Origin: an uncultured Gemmatimonadaceae bacterium
GTDB lineage: Bacteria; Latescibacterota; UBA2968; UBA8231
Reading direction: 5' to 3'
Length of the DNA: 64,000 bases
NCBI GenBank assembly: GCA_964520345.1
Contig: CAZFMY010000027.1
Coordinates: 1,589-65,588, forward strand
Shown here: piece by piece, positions 62,653 to 64,000 of the stretch
Layout of the letters: each line of letters starts with the position of its first letter
Position numbering within the stretch: position 1 is the first letter of the stretch
The notes under the pieces: generated by a model
Told to the model about the DNA's origin: nothing
The model's database searches: none
The model's input: the letters and a program-made list of their open reading frames with translations, nothing else
Position numbers and translations under genes: made by a program

Positions 62653-64000
62653 GCGGTGTCGGTCGAGTCGGGACACTGTTTTTATGCGTCCTCTGCGTCA
62701 TCTGGGTACTAAAAGCTGGTACCGCACCTGCGCGGGAATCAGGTTTGCAATTGGTGCTGGAAGTACGCGACAATATACATCGAGAGTATGTCGACGAACT
62801 CGACAGTATGCGCATCATCGATGCGGGGCTCGATGGTCTGGTCGCGGGACTGGATGCGGGCGAAAATCTCTACCGCAGCCCAAGGGACCTCGGTGCTGAA
62901 CGAGTAGCGTTGGATGACCGTCGCCAGGTCGATCTGCTGCACGAGGCATTGGAGAAAGTGCAGGTGCAGTATCTAGAATCGGTTCCGTCCGATTCGCTGG
63001 CTCGAGATCTGGTTCGGGGAATGTTGACAGCTCTGGATCCGCACTCGAGTTATTTGGAGGCTGCCGAGTACGCAGAGATGGTCGAGACTTACCGCGGCGA
63101 TTTCGAGGGTATCGGTATCTACTTCGAAGTCCGGCAGGGCCGGCTCCTGGTTATTGCGCCGATCGTTGGTTCGCCCTCTTACGGCAAATTGCGGGCTGGT
63201 GACCATATCGTCGAGATCGAGGGGGTGCCCACTGACGGGATCACGACCGAGCAGGTGATGGAGAAGTTGAGAGGACCTCGTGGTTCGGAGGTACGGGTGG
63301 GCGTCCATCGCCAGGGCCGGGATGCGCTTCTCGAATTTGAAATTCGCCGCGACCGAATCGAGTTGAAAAGCGTACCTTACCGCTTTATGCTTGCAGAGGG
63401 CACGGGCTATGTGCGGATCGTGCGCTTTGCCGAGACGACTGGCGAGGAATTGGGTCAGGCTCTGGATTTTTTGCACCGAGAGGGAATGGAGCGGTTGCTG
63501 CTCGATTTGCGCGATAATGGTGGCGGACTTCTGGAACAGGCAGTAGAGGTAGCGGACTATTTTGTCGACGCCGGATCGCTGGTTGTCTACACCGAAGGGC
63601 GCGAGGCCGATTCAAGGCACGAGTATCGGGCTCGCCGTCCGCTGCGCGACCCGATGGCGTTGGTGGTATTGATCGATCACGGTAGTGCTTCGGCTTCCGA
63701 GATCGTCGCCGGCGCAGTGCAGGATCTCGACCTGGGGTTGGTTGCGGGTCAGACCAGCTTCGGCAAGGGATTGGTCCAGGGGCAGTTTCCGCTCAGGAAC
63801 AACGGCGGACTGCTGCTCTTGACGGTGGCTCGTTACTATACGCCTCTTGGTCGACTGATACAGCGACCCTATTCCGGCGATATCCAGGCCTATATCCAGG
63901 CGGGGATCGACGATGTGGATCCCAACAGCATTGATAGCCTACGGGTTCGCAAGGAAATCTTTTACACCGCTTCGGGTCGTTCAGTTTATGGCGGTGGTGG
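62649..64000 (+). CDS. S41 family C-terminal processing peptidase (partial, runs off the window; not in the supplied ORF track)
   Basis: My own translation from ATG 62649 (ATGA overlap with the upstream stop) is open to the window end. It starts MSGVGRVGTLFLCVLCVIWVL (TM anchor). A PDZ region follows (GIGIYFEV..GSPSYGKLRAGDHIVEIEG), then LLLDLRDNGGG, catalytic GSASASEI and TSFGKGLVQ. Confidence 0.85.
   Translation, partial: MSGVGRVGTLFLCVLCVIWVLKAGTAPARESGLQLVLEVRDNIHREYVDELDSMRIIDAGLDGLVAGLDAGENLYRSPRDLGAERVALDDRRQVDLLHEALEKVQVQYLESVPSDSLARDLVRGMLTALDPHSSYLEAAEYAEMVETYRGDFEGIGIYFEVRQGRLLVIAPIVGSPSYGKLRAGDHIVEIEGVPTDGITTEQVMEKLRGPRGSEVRVGVHRQGRDALLEFEIRRDRIELKSVPYRFMLAEGTGYVRIVRFAETTGEELGQALDFLHREGMERLLLDLRDNGGGLLEQAVEVADYFVDAGSLVVYTEGREADSRHEYRARRPLRDPMALVVLIDHGSASASEIVAGAVQDLDLGLVAGQTSFGKGLVQGQFPLRNNGGLLLLTVARYYTPLGRLIQRPYSGDIQAYIQAGIDDVDPNSIDSLRVRKEIFYTASGRSVYGGG

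Noticed and set aside
1-64000. Searched for CRISPR arrays, IS elements or inverted terminal repeats, integrases, toxin-antitoxin pairs, and rRNA/tRNA genes.
   Set aside because: I saw no regularly spaced repeats and no transposase-, integrase- or RT-like ORFs. No intergenic region is long or structured enough for rRNA or tRNA. The longest non-coding stretch is about 320 bp (35869..36191).

Overview
A 64-kb bacterial chromosomal segment, about 58-60% GC by eye and densely coding (about 47 CDS, many with 1-12 nt gaps or ATGA/GTGA start-stop overlaps). I found no rRNA, tRNA, CRISPR array, transposase, integrase or recognisable transcription factor. All calls rest on by-eye motif matching of the supplied ORF translations; no HMM or BLAST was run. 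Layout: (i) 0.1-12.7 kb: a leaderless GH88/105-like unsaturated-uronyl hydrolase, divergent from a tight operon of a PL26/YetA-like protein, a leaderless sulfatase and two tandem GT-C+TPR (TMTC-like) membrane paralogs, followed by a ThDP enzyme. (ii) 12.8-22.2 kb: a cytidylate-kinase-like protein, a PD-(D/E)XK nuclease/XPD-DinG Fe-S helicase running straight into modABC, mtnP with an oxidoreductase, and a divergent enolase-superfamily protein. (iii) 22.3-25.8 kb: a DUF455 di-iron/ATP-grasp fusion, a hotdog thioesterase and a UbiA prenyltransferase. (iv) 25.9-48.9 kb: cytoplasmic sugar, sugar-acid and amino-sugar catabolism. This includes two UxuA-like proteins, TIM-barrel isomerase, secreted lactonase, SSF symporter, AGE-family isomerase, an Nramp-fold transporter lacking the metal motifs, nagB-ackA-(NagB-like+LmbE) and two more leaderless sulfatases. 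(v) 49.1-64 kb: an envelope glycosylation island with two Dpm1-like GT2 synthases, two GT-C-like polytopic proteins, RfbE/RmlD-like SDRs, an AKR, a YyaL-like lipoprotein, a GT2 fused to a WbaP-type N-terminal module without its catalytic domain, and an S41 protease that runs off the window and is absent from the ORF track. The best candidates for undescribed biology are the glycosylation island and its odd fusions, the GT-C+TPR pair co-transcribed with catabolic-looking enzymes, the DUF455-ATP-grasp fusion, the NagA-less amino-sugar operon, and a recurrent intergenic TTTAAGCG motif in a region with no regulator genes. Lineage cannot be assigned from this sequence; the gene content resembles sulfatase-rich polysaccharide degraders (inference only).
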